DNA of 36,135 bases, taken from positions 1 through 36,135 of IMG/VR virus record IMGVR_UViG_3300042347_000649, one strand, 5' to 3'. The translations under genes were made by a program, and so were the position numbers. The notes beneath the pieces were generated by a model. It was not told where the DNA came from. It made no database searches and saw nothing but the letters and a program-made list of their open reading frames with translations. The first letter of the stretch is position 1. Every line of letters begins with the position of its first letter. Origin of the DNA: a virus. Lineage: Duplodnaviria; Caudoviricetes. Below, piece after piece: positions 18,659 to 28,411 of the stretch.

Positions 18659-19391
18659 CTTCGTATTTCTTTAAGATTTTAGTTATTAATGGGTTTCTAA
18701 CAATATCTTTTTCACTAAATTCAAATACACCAATTTCGTCCATGTCTCTAAATTTAGACATCGCGTCCCACAAACCTGAATGAGTTTTGTCTTTGTATCT
18801 ATCAGTTTGTTCTAAATCTCCTGATATAAAGAATTTACTGTTAAACCCAATTCTTGTTAAAAGAAGTTTCATTTGTTTTGGTGTACTATTTTGAGCTTCT
18901 TCAAAAATTAAAATAGTATTATCTATATTCCAACCTCTAATATAAGCTAAAGCTTGCACCTCAATAAAGTCTAATTCAATTAATTTTTCTCTGTTTTCTT
19001 TTCCTATTAATTTATTTAAAAGATAATAAGACGGACTTATATATGGGTCTAATTTTTCTTCTAACGCACCAGGTAATGAACCTAATTTTTCTTCAGCCTC
19101 AACCGCTGGTCTAACAATCATAATTTTCTCATACGAGTTATTTGGGTCTTGTAATAAATCAACTGCTGCTTTCATTGCAATATATGATTTACCAACACCC
19201 GCAGGTCCTGAACAAATAGTTATTTGATTTGATATTAAAATATTATAGTAAAGTCTTTGATTTTCAGTTAAAAATTTTTCCTTAGTTTGTTTTTTTATTA
19301 TTTGTGAAATTAATTCTTTTCTTGTCTTATAAGATTGTATTGTTTCACCGCTCAAAGAGCTTGTTCTTTTTTTTGTTTGTTTTTTTTCCAT
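18642..19391 (-). CDS. phoH: PhoH family ATPase
   Basis: GPAGVGKS Walker A, RPAVEAEEKLGSLPG, LAYIRG, FEEAQN, LLTRIG, SGDLEQTD, DIVRNPLI. Confidence 0.95.
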   Translation of the reverse strand: MEKKQTKKRTSSLSGETIQSYKTRKELISQIIKKQTKEKFLTENQRLYYNILISNQITICSGPAGVGKSYIAMKAAVDLLQDPNNSYEKIMIVRPAVEAEEKLGSLPGALEEKLDPYISPSYYLLNKLIGKENREKLIELDFIEVQALAYIRGWNIDNTILIFEEAQNSTPKQMKLLLTRIGFNSKFFISGDLEQTDRYKDKTHSGLWDAMSKFRDMDEIGVFEFSEKDIVRNPLITKILKKYEDEVRF

Positions 19392-20321
19392 TTAAATAAT
19401 TTTGACAAATTTATCTATTATCACTTCCCAACTAAAATTATCCATACCATACTGTCTAATTTTTTCTCTCATTTCTAATGACTTGTTTCTATTATTAATA
19501 ATAATATTTTTCACATAATCAATATCTTTTATTTTTGATTCAGGAATTACATCTATAAAAGGTAATGATAAATCTAAATTAGCGGTGCTATATTCAGAGA
19601 TAACTAAACCTAATCCCGACATTAAGGCTTCTTTAGTTACAAGAGGGTCCGCTTCACCATCACTTAATAATACTAAATTCGCATAATCAGTTAAATTATC
19701 GTATAATATTTCTTTACTCCATTCACCTAAATAATTTGGTGAATTAAGATTAAACCTATTATCGTCTGAATTACCAGCAAAAAATAAATTTTCAATATTT
19801 TGATATAGGTACTGTCGTTTTCTATCTGTAATTTTAGCTAAGTATATACTTCTGTCTTTATGTTGAGGATTGTCTGTATATCTGAAAAGGTCATGTCTGG
19901 CACCATTAGGTGTCACCTCAAGACGAGATGGGTCACAACCAAATTTTTGATATGTATTTTTAATTCCTTCTGACAAACAAAAAATTCTAAAATCACCTTC
20001 AATAAACGCTCTCATTAGATGTATGTAACCTCCATACTTCATAGGTTGTTCTAAATAACCAAAATGTGTTGTTGCTGCTTTATTTTTACAATTAATGTGT
20101 GGTAATATACCGACAAAATTATCATATTGTAAATGAACAAAGTCAGGTTTAAAATTATTAACTAAATTTATTATTTCTTGTTGGTTTGGCGTGTTAACTA
20201 TCTGAATTTCATGTCCTAACTTTTCAAGTTCTATTTTGTAATCCCAAATTAAAGCTTCTACAGCTCCCCAACCTTTAGGTGGTATTGGCATTATTCCTGG
20301 TCCTATTATTGATATTTTCAT
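19392..20321 (-). CDS. Glycosyltransferase family 4-like
   Basis: ISIIGPGIMPIPPKGWGAVE, DFVHLQYD, EADPLVTKEALMSG, NFSWE. Confidence 0.85.
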   Translation of the reverse strand: MKISIIGPGIMPIPPKGWGAVEALIWDYKIELEKLGHEIQIVNTPNQQEIINLVNNFKPDFVHLQYDNFVGILPHINCKNKAATTHFGYLEQPMKYGGYIHLMRAFIEGDFRIFCLSEGIKNTYQKFGCDPSRLEVTPNGARHDLFRYTDNPQHKDRSIYLAKITDRKRQYLYQNIENLFFAGNSDDNRFNLNSPNYLGEWSKEILYDNLTDYANLVLLSDGEADPLVTKEALMSGLGLVISEYSTANLDLSLPFIDVIPESKIKDIDYVKNIIINNRNKSLEMREKIRQYGMDNFSWEVIIDKFVKII

Positions 20322-20323
20322 AC

Positions 20324-21004
20324 TTAATTATAAATTTGTTTCCCGTGTATTATTTTACTATTTGAATTCATACAATTTGAATTTCTATGCGTTTCACATA
20401 AAAACACATTATCATCATATGTTGAGTTACATAACATGTATAAAACAGGCATGAACATATCTAAATAACCAAACTGAATTTGATGTAATTTTTGTACCTC
20501 ATCAAAACTATCTTCAATAATTTTAATAAAATTATTAAAATTATTTAAAAAAAATTCAACTTTATATATTGTTCCTCCACACGCCCCATACATTTTAGAA
20601 GTAAATGTTGTTTTGTATTTTTTTTCAAAATAATCAATTATACTTTGGTTGATTAAATTTACTTTTAAACCTAAAATATTTGAGTCAAAATTAATATCAA
20701 TTCTATTTCTTACTAAAACGTCATCTTCAAGATAAATTAAATATTTTGACGTAGATTTTTCAAACGCATTATAAAATCTATTCAACCATTCTATTGTTTG
20801 GTCTTTATTAAAACCTTTTGGGTCATTACCTGTTTTAAATGTACTGTGTAAATAATGACAATTAAATCTATTTGATAATTCTGTTAGGTCTTCACCATCA
20901 TCAGAAACTAAAGTTATATTTGAGTTTGGATATGTTTTTCTAAAATTTTCTAAAACAAAGTTAACTTTGTAATCATCTTTTATAACCTGTATATAAGCGT
21001 CCAT
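20324..21004 (-). CDS. Putative glycosyltransferase (GT-A fold)
   Basis: NFRKTYPNSNITLVSDDG, KYLIYLEDDVL, YGACGGTIY. Confidence 0.65.
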   Translation of the reverse strand: MDAYIQVIKDDYKVNFVLENFRKTYPNSNITLVSDDGEDLTELSNRFNCHYLHSTFKTGNDPKGFNKDQTIEWLNRFYNAFEKSTSKYLIYLEDDVLVRNRIDINFDSNILGLKVNLINQSIIDYFEKKYKTTFTSKMYGACGGTIYKVEFFLNNFNNFIKIIEDSFDEVQKLHQIQFGYLDMFMPVLYMLCNSTYDDNVFLCETHRNSNCMNSNSKIIHGKQIYN

Positions 21005-21624
21005 TATTTTTCTAATAAAAAAAATCCATTACCATATTGGAACTGTTTGGTCCATTTTATTTTAATTTCACCCATATTATAATCAAAGTTTTTTAACTTG
21101 TAACCCGATTTTCTAATTTTATTTATCCACCATTCTTCATCTTTTTTTGTAACGTGTGTGACATCCATTTCGTATTCTCTAATTCTAAATTTATCATTAT
21201 CACCTAAAGGTATAACTAATAACACTTGATTAGATATTGAATAAAAATCGGATAATATGACATCAATTTTATCTTCATGAATGTGTTCTAATACATCTTT
21301 AGCAATAATTAAATCTACTGATTTTATAGCTTCGGATGCTAATTCATTTATCTTATATAATTTATTCTTAACTTGGGGTAACCCATTCTCAATTGCATAC
21401 TCACTAATATCAACACCATAAATTTCTTTATCTGTTAACATATTTAAAGCATGTACTAAAAATCCTTTTGCACAACCATAATCTAAAGCACTTTCAAATT
21501 TAATATTATTTTTTATTGTTATTGCTTCAGGAATACTTCTGGTTGGTATCCATTGATAATTTTCGTACCCACTTATTTTTTTCTTTACTCCGTTTTCGTA
21601 ATAATCTTTATTAAATAAATTCAT
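21004..21624 (-). CDS. Class I SAM-dependent methyltransferase
   Basis: ALDYGCAKGFLV, YGVDISEYAI, DLIIAKDVLEHI. Confidence 0.9.
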   Translation of the reverse strand: MNLFNKDYYENGVKKKISGYENYQWIPTRSIPEAITIKNNIKFESALDYGCAKGFLVHALNMLTDKEIYGVDISEYAIENGLPQVKNKLYKINELASEAIKSVDLIIAKDVLEHIHEDKIDVILSDFYSISNQVLLVIPLGDNDKFRIREYEMDVTHVTKKDEEWWINKIRKSGYKLKNFDYNMGEIKIKWTKQFQYGNGFFLLEK

Positions 21625-21631
21625 AAATTAT

Positions 21632-21659
21632 AAAATAATTAAAATATATATTAGGTAAA
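21632..21659 (-). promoter_or_regulatory. Putative early/middle promoter TTTACC-N16-TATTTT
   Basis: Fills the 39-nt gap before the methyltransferase; same spacing as 32771-32798. Confidence 0.35.
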
Positions 21660-21663
21660 TAAA

Positions 21664-22707
21664 TTACGCAAATTCATTATGTTGTGTATCAGTTAATATG
21701 TCATCAATCAATTCATTTTGAATTGCATACTTACAATACATACATGCGTGATGTCTTACCGAAGACGGTTTAGAATAAAATTCTTCAATTCCGTCAATAT
21801 CACAAACCATAAATTGTGATTCAGGAACATAATTGTAATTGTTCTCAATAGAAAGTTCAGCAGATGGACATACGTATACATAACCATCAGTAAATAAAAA
21901 TGGTTTTACCATGTGCATATAACAATGGTCATTCCTTCTTTCCCCTTTGTAATTAAAATCGGATAAAAATGCATATTTTAAATCCATATCTTTAATAACT
22001 TCTTTAATTTTTTCAATGTCTTTTTTAACCTCATCTATTTTTTTAATTGCATTAAATGCTATACGAGTTGGTATTTTGTGTTGTTCAACCCAATCAATCA
22101 TTTGTAAAAAATTTTCTGTTTTTTGAAATTTAGTTGCTAATTTTTTCTTGTTTTTGTCGGTCCATTCTCCCGTTACATTTGGATTACTTGAAGTGTCAAT
22201 TGATTCATCCCACACATACGCAGCTGACACTGTGGTTTCAGTACCATCAAAAACTGATAAGTCGTATTCATATCCCTCATAAAAACCATATAAACCAAGC
22301 CTAACCCAAGAAAATAATTTTACAATGTCTTTACCAATTTTTTTTCCTAAATCCTTACCATTAGTACATAGTCCTAATTTAAACCCTAATCCATGCGCAT
22401 ATTCGGATATTTCTTTAAAATTAGGGTGTAATGTCGGTTCTCCACCACCAGTAAATTCAATACCAGTTACACCAATTTTTTTAAAAGAGTCTAATGCTTG
22501 TTTAACCTTTTCAAATGATAATCTATCTGTTAAATCTCTATTTGCGAAACAACAAAAACTACATGTTAAATTACATGCATTTATTAATGATATGTGCGCC
22601 ATGACTGGTGAAGGGGTCTTTCCTTCTTGAATCCTTTTTAATTTATCTAAATGTTTTAACAATTTAACACTGTTACTAGTAAAACTTCTTCCCTGTACTT
22701 TTTTCAT
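21664..22707 (-). CDS. Radical SAM enzyme with C-terminal Cys-rich (SPASM/twitch-like) domain
   Basis: CNLTCSFC (CxxxCxxC), FTGGGEPTLHP, TNG; C-terminal HCY...DGYVYVCP...ACMYCKY. Confidence 0.9.
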   Translation of the reverse strand: MKKVQGRSFTSNSVKLLKHLDKLKRIQEGKTPSPVMAHISLINACNLTCSFCCFANRDLTDRLSFEKVKQALDSFKKIGVTGIEFTGGGEPTLHPNFKEISEYAHGLGFKLGLCTNGKDLGKKIGKDIVKLFSWVRLGLYGFYEGYEYDLSVFDGTETTVSAAYVWDESIDTSSNPNVTGEWTDKNKKKLATKFQKTENFLQMIDWVEQHKIPTRIAFNAIKKIDEVKKDIEKIKEVIKDMDLKYAFLSDFNYKGERRNDHCYMHMVKPFLFTDGYVYVCPSAELSIENNYNYVPESQFMVCDIDGIEEFYSKPSSVRHHACMYCKYAIQNELIDDILTDTQHNEFA

Positions 22708-22771
22708 TTTATTATTTTTTAATTAATTTATTGTAATATGTTTTATTATATATTTCTAAGGTTTTCATAAA

Positions 22772-23743
22772 TTAAACCAATTTGAGTATTGATTGTACTC
22801 GATTTATATATGTGTGATTTTCTTTTATGTAATCCATACCATCTTTTATAAATTTATAGTTAGTTCTATTCTCCATTGCTTTATAAAACAATTTTGATGT
22901 GTCTGTTTCTAAAATACAATGACCTTCCATTTCATTATAAACTTCGGGAGAATTAGTCATACCTAAATGTCCATACGACATACTTTTCATAACCCTACAA
23001 GGTATATAACCATTTTTAATGTGTTCAGGTCCTCGGACATCAACACCCAATATTGATTTTTTAGTTCGATTTATAATTTCTTCTTTCGGTAGAGGATTAA
23101 TCCAAGGATTATTTATTTTAAATTCAATATTATTTTTTTTACATTCTATTATAAAATCTTTAAAAGTACTGAAGTTTTCACAAACACCGTTATTAGATAA
23201 ATTACCACAAAAATAAATTATATTATCTCTTTTATAATTTATATCATCATAATTAAATTCATTTGGTAACAAATCTGTCGCCCATGAAATATATACTTTA
23301 TCATAATCATCAATTTCATAATTAAATCTTTGGTTTTCAACCAAAACTTTATTGTTTGTTTTTTTCTCATAGTAACAAACAGGTCCTAATTTTTCATATT
23401 TTGATTTATCCATTGTGTACGAATAAACATGGTCTTTAATCCAAATATTATTACCTCTGACATCGAAGAATTTTTTAACACCAGCGTCAATGTATTTTTT
23501 AGGATTTGGACACACATGGACAAAATATATACTACTATCATTGAGCGGTATTTCATTATCCGCAAATCCTTCTGTCCAAAATATGCAATTGGAAAAATCA
23601 AAATCTTTAGGGTAATTTTTATCATCAAACCAATAGGTGTCAAAACCTAAGTGTTTGAATCCTTGATAAAAACCGTAATGAATATACGAATGAGTGTGTG
23701 AATAAAGAGGGTAACCCCAAATTATAACTTTCTGTTTTTTCAT
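22772..23743 (-). CDS. Putative glycosyltransferase (GT-B-like)
   Basis: VIIWGYPLYSHTHSYIH, GYIPCRV and C-terminal IKENHTYINRV, a pattern seen in CgeB-like GT C-termini. Confidence 0.55.
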   Translation of the reverse strand: MKKQKVIIWGYPLYSHTHSYIHYGFYQGFKHLGFDTYWFDDKNYPKDFDFSNCIFWTEGFADNEIPLNDSSIYFVHVCPNPKKYIDAGVKKFFDVRGNNIWIKDHVYSYTMDKSKYEKLGPVCYYEKKTNNKVLVENQRFNYEIDDYDKVYISWATDLLPNEFNYDDINYKRDNIIYFCGNLSNNGVCENFSTFKDFIIECKKNNIEFKINNPWINPLPKEEIINRTKKSILGVDVRGPEHIKNGYIPCRVMKSMSYGHLGMTNSPEVYNEMEGHCILETDTSKLFYKAMENRTNYKFIKDGMDYIKENHTYINRVQSILKLV

Positions 23744-25311
23744 TTTTTAATTAACGTATCTTTTATTATAACATAATCCAATTCAGTGTTATCCAATACA
23801 AATAGTGCGTCATCAATCGTTGATAGAATTGGGTTACCACGTATATTAAATGACGTGTTTAGTAAAACATTAGTATCAGATATTTTAGAAAATTCTTTTA
23901 ATAAATTATAGAAAAAATTATGACTTTCTTTAGTTACACATTGTAATCGTGATGAATTATCTTCATGTGTTATTGACGGTAATTTTTCTTTATATTCTTT
24001 TTTAACAACAGGTGCGTAACCCATATATTCTAAATTATTAAAATTTTTAGATTTAAAATATAAATTAGCATCTTCAATTAAACAAAATGGTGCAAACGGT
24101 CTATACCATTCTCTAAATTTTACTTTAGAATTTAATATGTCTTTCATATTTGGAAATGACGGGTCACAAATTATACTTCTATTACCTAAAGCCCTTGGAC
24201 CAACTTCAGAATCTTCATTACAAACTCCAATAATTTTACCCTCTTTTAATAAATTGGCGATTTTAGAAAATGTCGTTTTTTCATGATTTCTACCAATCAA
24301 TTTTTTTTCCATATCTTCTTCATCAAGCAATGGTAATCCGTTATATGCGATATTAACTTTTGTTTTTGGTTTGTAATATAAAAAATTCGAACCAAGCGAC
24401 AATCCGCAATCATTTGGATTTGGTGGAACAAATAAATTAACATTATATTCATTTTTTATCCGTTCATTTAACAGAACGTTTAGTCCTCCACCACCAGTAA
24501 TACAAACATTATTTACTGAATATTTTTTTAAAACCCCTTCAAAGATTCCAATAAAGGCATTTTCATATCCTTTTTGTGCTGTGGCAGCAAAATTAAATCC
24601 TTCTTGTCCTGATAAAAAATAATTGTCCAATGGATTTAACCAAGGAGACTCTAAATTTTTTAAATTATAACCTGTTTTTTCTGACAGTTTTTTCCAATTT
24701 TTATCAAAGTAAAACTGTGAAAAATATTTTGTTTTAGATTCATCTACAATACCATAAGCACATATACCCATCATTTTACCCGCTAATGATAACATGTGTC
24801 TGGAATCTTTTGTAACTTCAGTAATACAACTTGATGCTAATAAATAACCACCACCAAAATCAGATGGTATGTTTTCAAGAAAATGTATACCATTTTCATC
24901 TCCCATGTATATATTAAAATGTCCATCATCACCTCCACCATCGTATGAAATAATTAATGATTTATTAAATGGTGACTGATAGAACGCACATGCTGCATGA
25001 CTAAGGTGATGTCTACCATATCGAATATATTCTTTAGAATTAAAAACTTGTCTTAGAATGTTATGGTCTATCCAACCATCGGCAACATCCATAACAACAT
25101 CATAATCGTTACTAAATCCCCAATGTTTTTCGGCTATGTCTCTACAATCAGATAATATTTTTATGATATCTTCAGTTGAGTTGTCAACATGTAACCTAAA
25201 ATATCTTTTTTTAACAAGTCTTTCAATTTCAATAACGTGATAACTATTTTTTTCAGAGTCAAAAAACGTTATATTGGCATCGTGTCCAGCAAATAAACTA
25301 ACTATTTTCAT
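23740..25311 (-). CDS. Carbamoyltransferase (NodU/CmcH/TobZ family)
   Basis: GHDAN, HHLSHAACAFYQSPF, DGGGD, GKMMG, PNDCGLSLG, EVGPRALGNRSI, KFREWYRPFAP, LLNTSFN. Confidence 0.95.
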   Translation of the reverse strand: MKIVSLFAGHDANITFFDSEKNSYHVIEIERLVKKRYFRLHVDNSTEDIIKILSDCRDIAEKHWGFSNDYDVVMDVADGWIDHNILRQVFNSKEYIRYGRHHLSHAACAFYQSPFNKSLIISYDGGGDDGHFNIYMGDENGIHFLENIPSDFGGGYLLASSCITEVTKDSRHMLSLAGKMMGICAYGIVDESKTKYFSQFYFDKNWKKLSEKTGYNLKNLESPWLNPLDNYFLSGQEGFNFAATAQKGYENAFIGIFEGVLKKYSVNNVCITGGGGLNVLLNERIKNEYNVNLFVPPNPNDCGLSLGSNFLYYKPKTKVNIAYNGLPLLDEEDMEKKLIGRNHEKTTFSKIANLLKEGKIIGVCNEDSEVGPRALGNRSIICDPSFPNMKDILNSKVKFREWYRPFAPFCLIEDANLYFKSKNFNNLEYMGYAPVVKKEYKEKLPSITHEDNSSRLQCVTKESHNFFYNLLKEFSKISDTNVLLNTSFNIRGNPILSTIDDALFVLDNTELDYVIIKDTLIKK

Positions 25312-26090
25312 TTTGATAAGTAATTAAATAACGGTAAGTGTGAACCGTTTAATATTATTTTTAAATCTACAATCTCAGGATAAAGTTCAAATAAAATTGA
25401 TAATGCAAATTGCTCATTATTAACACAATTATTTTTAATCATATAATTTTCAAAAATTTTATTTATTTCATTATAAATCCTAATCATGATATCGGTACCA
25501 CCGCCAAATAAAGTACCAACGGTTGTACAGTTATTATCCCATATATAATTTTCAATATCTAAATTAGGAAAATATTTTAATGTGTTTTGGTTTCCTTGAA
25601 TTATGAATTTATCTTTTTTTAATTTTGATGTGTTTGGCCACGTATTATTTAAATCAAAATTATCGAAAAACCTACTACAACCAGCATCCATCCATAAAAA
25701 GTAATCCGAACCAAAAACATTATCTTCAATTGATTTTTTAATCCAACCAAATTTAGAATATTGTATTACATTATATAGTGATGTCTTACATTCTATTCTA
25801 TCGGTATCTTTCATTTTTGATTTAAAAAAATCACTATTTATTATTTCATCAATTTTTTCATTCCATTTAAAAAATGGAATTTCATCAAGTTTTTGTACAA
25901 AAATTTTAGTATTACTCAAGTCCCGTCTTTGTTTAACAAAGTCAACTAAATCTTCTTCTATGAAGATAGACATTGGGGTTTTTAATTTTAATGTTGTGTC
26001 AAACCATTCTAAATATTGTGACATTTTTCTCCCGTCACCATTTTTATCTCGGTTAATATTGAATAAGGCTGTAACTATTTCAGGTTTCAT
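25308..26090 (-). CDS. HtrL/YibB-like putative glycosyltransferase
   Basis: IVTALFNINR, YNVIQYSKF, NVFGSDYFLWMDAG, GTLFGG, NNEQ. Confidence 0.75.
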   Translation of the reverse strand: MKPEIVTALFNINRDKNGDGRKMSQYLEWFDTTLKLKTPMSIFIEEDLVDFVKQRRDLSNTKIFVQKLDEIPFFKWNEKIDEIINSDFFKSKMKDTDRIECKTSLYNVIQYSKFGWIKKSIEDNVFGSDYFLWMDAGCSRFFDNFDLNNTWPNTSKLKKDKFIIQGNQNTLKYFPNLDIENYIWDNNCTTVGTLFGGGTDIMIRIYNEINKIFENYMIKNNCVNNEQFALSILFELYPEIVDLKIILNGSHLPLFNYLSK

Positions 26091-26797
26091 TAACTTCTTA
26101 ATTTTTCTTTATTCATGTATTTCCATTTATCTCTTTGTATCATAATTGGATTCATGTCAGGTAAATTCATACCTTCAGGATAAATGTAATTGTATGATAA
26201 CAATAATGGATTTTTTTTATTAAAATACCAATTTAAATAAGATTCATCATGCCAAACAGGTATTTGATTATTTTTTAAATCATTATCAATATTTTCAGAT
26301 AAAATTTTTGACATTGCTAAAAATTCTTCAACTCTTCCACCATTAAAACATCCTTGATAATAATATTTTCCTTCGGTATATGGGATACTACATGATATTT
26401 CAGATTTTCTTTCATACGGTAAAAAATGAGGTGCTTGATGGAAGTGTAATGGGTGATTACAACCAACTAAAAAATCATTATCAATTTTTGGTAAAACCTC
26501 GTCACCAATTTTTTGAACCGCCAACATGTTAACATTAAAAAAAAATATATAATCAAATTTAGATATTTCATCTTTAATTTTATTTAACAAATGAAATCTC
26601 ATCATTGAGTCATATGGCCAACCCATTTTTTCTTGTTTAATCTGAATCAGATTTGATTTAGATTCAAACATTTTATCTGTAAATAAAAAAAATGTTTTGT
26701 CGTGAGCAGGTAAAAAATTAGTATTTACACTATTGTAAAAATCATTAAAAAAAATATCATATTTACCTAAAGATATTGTGAATATGGCGATTCTCAT
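26090..26797 (-). CDS. Glycosyltransferase family 6 (ABO blood-group-like alpha-1,3-Gal/GalNAc transferase)
   Basis: GKY..FF, FFLFTD, WPYDSMMRF, DYIFFFNVN, PYER, YYQGCFNGG, WHDESYLN, YIYPE. Confidence 0.92.
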   Translation of the reverse strand: MRIAIFTISLGKYDIFFNDFYNSVNTNFLPAHDKTFFLFTDKMFESKSNLIQIKQEKMGWPYDSMMRFHLLNKIKDEISKFDYIFFFNVNMLAVQKIGDEVLPKIDNDFLVGCNHPLHFHQAPHFLPYERKSEISCSIPYTEGKYYYQGCFNGGRVEEFLAMSKILSENIDNDLKNNQIPVWHDESYLNWYFNKKNPLLLSYNYIYPEGMNLPDMNPIMIQRDKWKYMNKEKLRS

Positions 26798-27624
26798 TTT
26801 AAAATTCTATTTTCAATTTTTCTTGTTTCTTGAATAATGTCTGAGTGTCTATCCCAAACAATTTTCATATTTTTGTGGTTTGATTTATAAAACCAAGGTT
26901 TATGACCCCCTGTCGTGTTATGTGTACCACCCCAAGAAAAATCACTTATAAAATCTGTCCAATAACAACCAACAACTTTATTTAATTGTTTAGCCATTCT
27001 GAAACATAAATCATGGTCATCCATATCTAAAGGTGCAAATTTTTCGTCTAAATAATTTAAATCATATAAGTCATCGTGATTAATCGCTAAAGGACCTCGA
27101 TTAACACATTGTCTAATTGCAAAAACATCACGAGACAATCCCCAAGGACGACCTGCGTGGTCAACATGTTGAATTATGTCACACCAACAATTATCTAAAT
27201 CTTCTTCCATTCCCAAATGTTTGCTATTTGGATTAAACACCCAATTATGTGAACAATTAGATGAAACGGCAAAAACATCATTATATGTTCTAAAAGGTTT
27301 TGTTAATCTTACGTTCCATGCATCTTCATTCATCAACATGTCGTCTTGAATTATTATTACATGGTCAGATTCTGCCCTTTTTAATCCAATGTTATTTGCT
27401 TTAGTTTCAAATACGTCATCTGCGTATTCTAAAACTATTTTCATCTTTGGATTTTGTTTTATGAAAGTTTTGGTAATTTCTTCACTGTTATCAGAACAAC
27501 CATCTAATACGATTATTGTTTCATAACTACCTTTTGTTAATTTTTTTATTCTTTGTAAGCTCTCATCTAATAAAAAACCTTTATTATGTACTGTAAGAAT
27601 TAAAGAATAACTTGTTGTTGACAT
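26794..27624 (-). CDS. Glycosyltransferase family 2
   Basis: SLILTVHN, IIVLDGCSDNS, ANNIGLKRA, IIIQDDM, DDHDLCFR. Confidence 0.9.
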   Translation of the reverse strand: MSTTSYSLILTVHNKGFLLDESLQRIKKLTKGSYETIIVLDGCSDNSEEITKTFIKQNPKMKIVLEYADDVFETKANNIGLKRAESDHVIIIQDDMLMNEDAWNVRLTKPFRTYNDVFAVSSNCSHNWVFNPNSKHLGMEEDLDNCWCDIIQHVDHAGRPWGLSRDVFAIRQCVNRGPLAINHDDLYDLNYLDEKFAPLDMDDHDLCFRMAKQLNKVVGCYWTDFISDFSWGGTHNTTGGHKPWFYKSNHKNMKIVWDRHSDIIQETRKIENRILK

Positions 27625-27625
27625 T

Positions 27626-28411
27626 TTATAATTTTAGTGATTTTTTCCAAAGATTCAATATTTCAATATTAGATAAAGTTGAAACTTCGTTTTCAGTTTC
27701 TTTATTACCAAAAAACTCAGTACCCGTTAAAAAACATTCGTCTTTAACTAAACAGGCAACCTCACCTAATGAAGAATGATATACTCTACCAACCATATCA
27801 TACATTTCTTGTTTATTGGTTGTGTGTCCATACTCTATAATTTTTTCATTTAAAAGAGGTTTAACAAATTTATCATAATATGGTTGTTCACCTATGTGAC
27901 CAAATAAATATATTTTTTCGCATCCATCTTTTAATGCTCGTATTATTGACATGTGTGTTTGTTTTCTATGTTCTATAGAACCGATAACACCTGCAATTTT
28001 ATTTAAATTATTTTTATCTGTTTGGTGTAAATTTTCTTTTAAGTTAGGAATTATTGAAAATTTACCGTTGTATTCAGAATGATACTTTCTATGTTCATTG
28101 TGTAAAAAAACAGCTTCGTCCCAATACTGTTTTATTTTCCCAACAGGAAACCACCATTTTTCATGACACGATAAAAGAACAACATCAACATCAGGCCTTT
28201 TTTCTAAATTATAAAAATGATAAATTAATTTATCATTTGGCTTTAAAGTTAAATCATTTTCAATATTACCTGATTTACATTTGTCTCTATGCCAATTTTG
28301 ATTACCATATAAAGTACACTCTAAACCATTCTCATTAAAAAAATTACATAGGTTTATCAATGCGACTGTTGAACCTCCTTTATCTGTATATCCCGAAACA
28401 ATCTTAATCAT
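27626..28411 (-). CDS. Putative glycosyltransferase (compact GT-B/GT4-like)
   Basis: GGSTVALINL, IIPN, GVIGSIEHRKQTH, SLGEVACLVKDEC (E-x7-E). Confidence 0.65.
   Translation of the reverse strand: MIKIVSGYTDKGGSTVALINLCNFFNENGLECTLYGNQNWHRDKCKSGNIENDLTLKPNDKLIYHFYNLEKRPDVDVVLLSCHEKWWFPVGKIKQYWDEAVFLHNEHRKYHSEYNGKFSIIPNLKENLHQTDKNNLNKIAGVIGSIEHRKQTHMSIIRALKDGCEKIYLFGHIGEQPYYDKFVKPLLNEKIIEYGHTTNKQEMYDMVGRVYHSSLGEVACLVKDECFLTGTEFFGNKETENEVSTLSNIEILNLWKKSLKL

Noticed and set aside
18642-19391. PhoH (and dUTPase) as novel auxiliary genes
   Set aside because: Both are common in large phages
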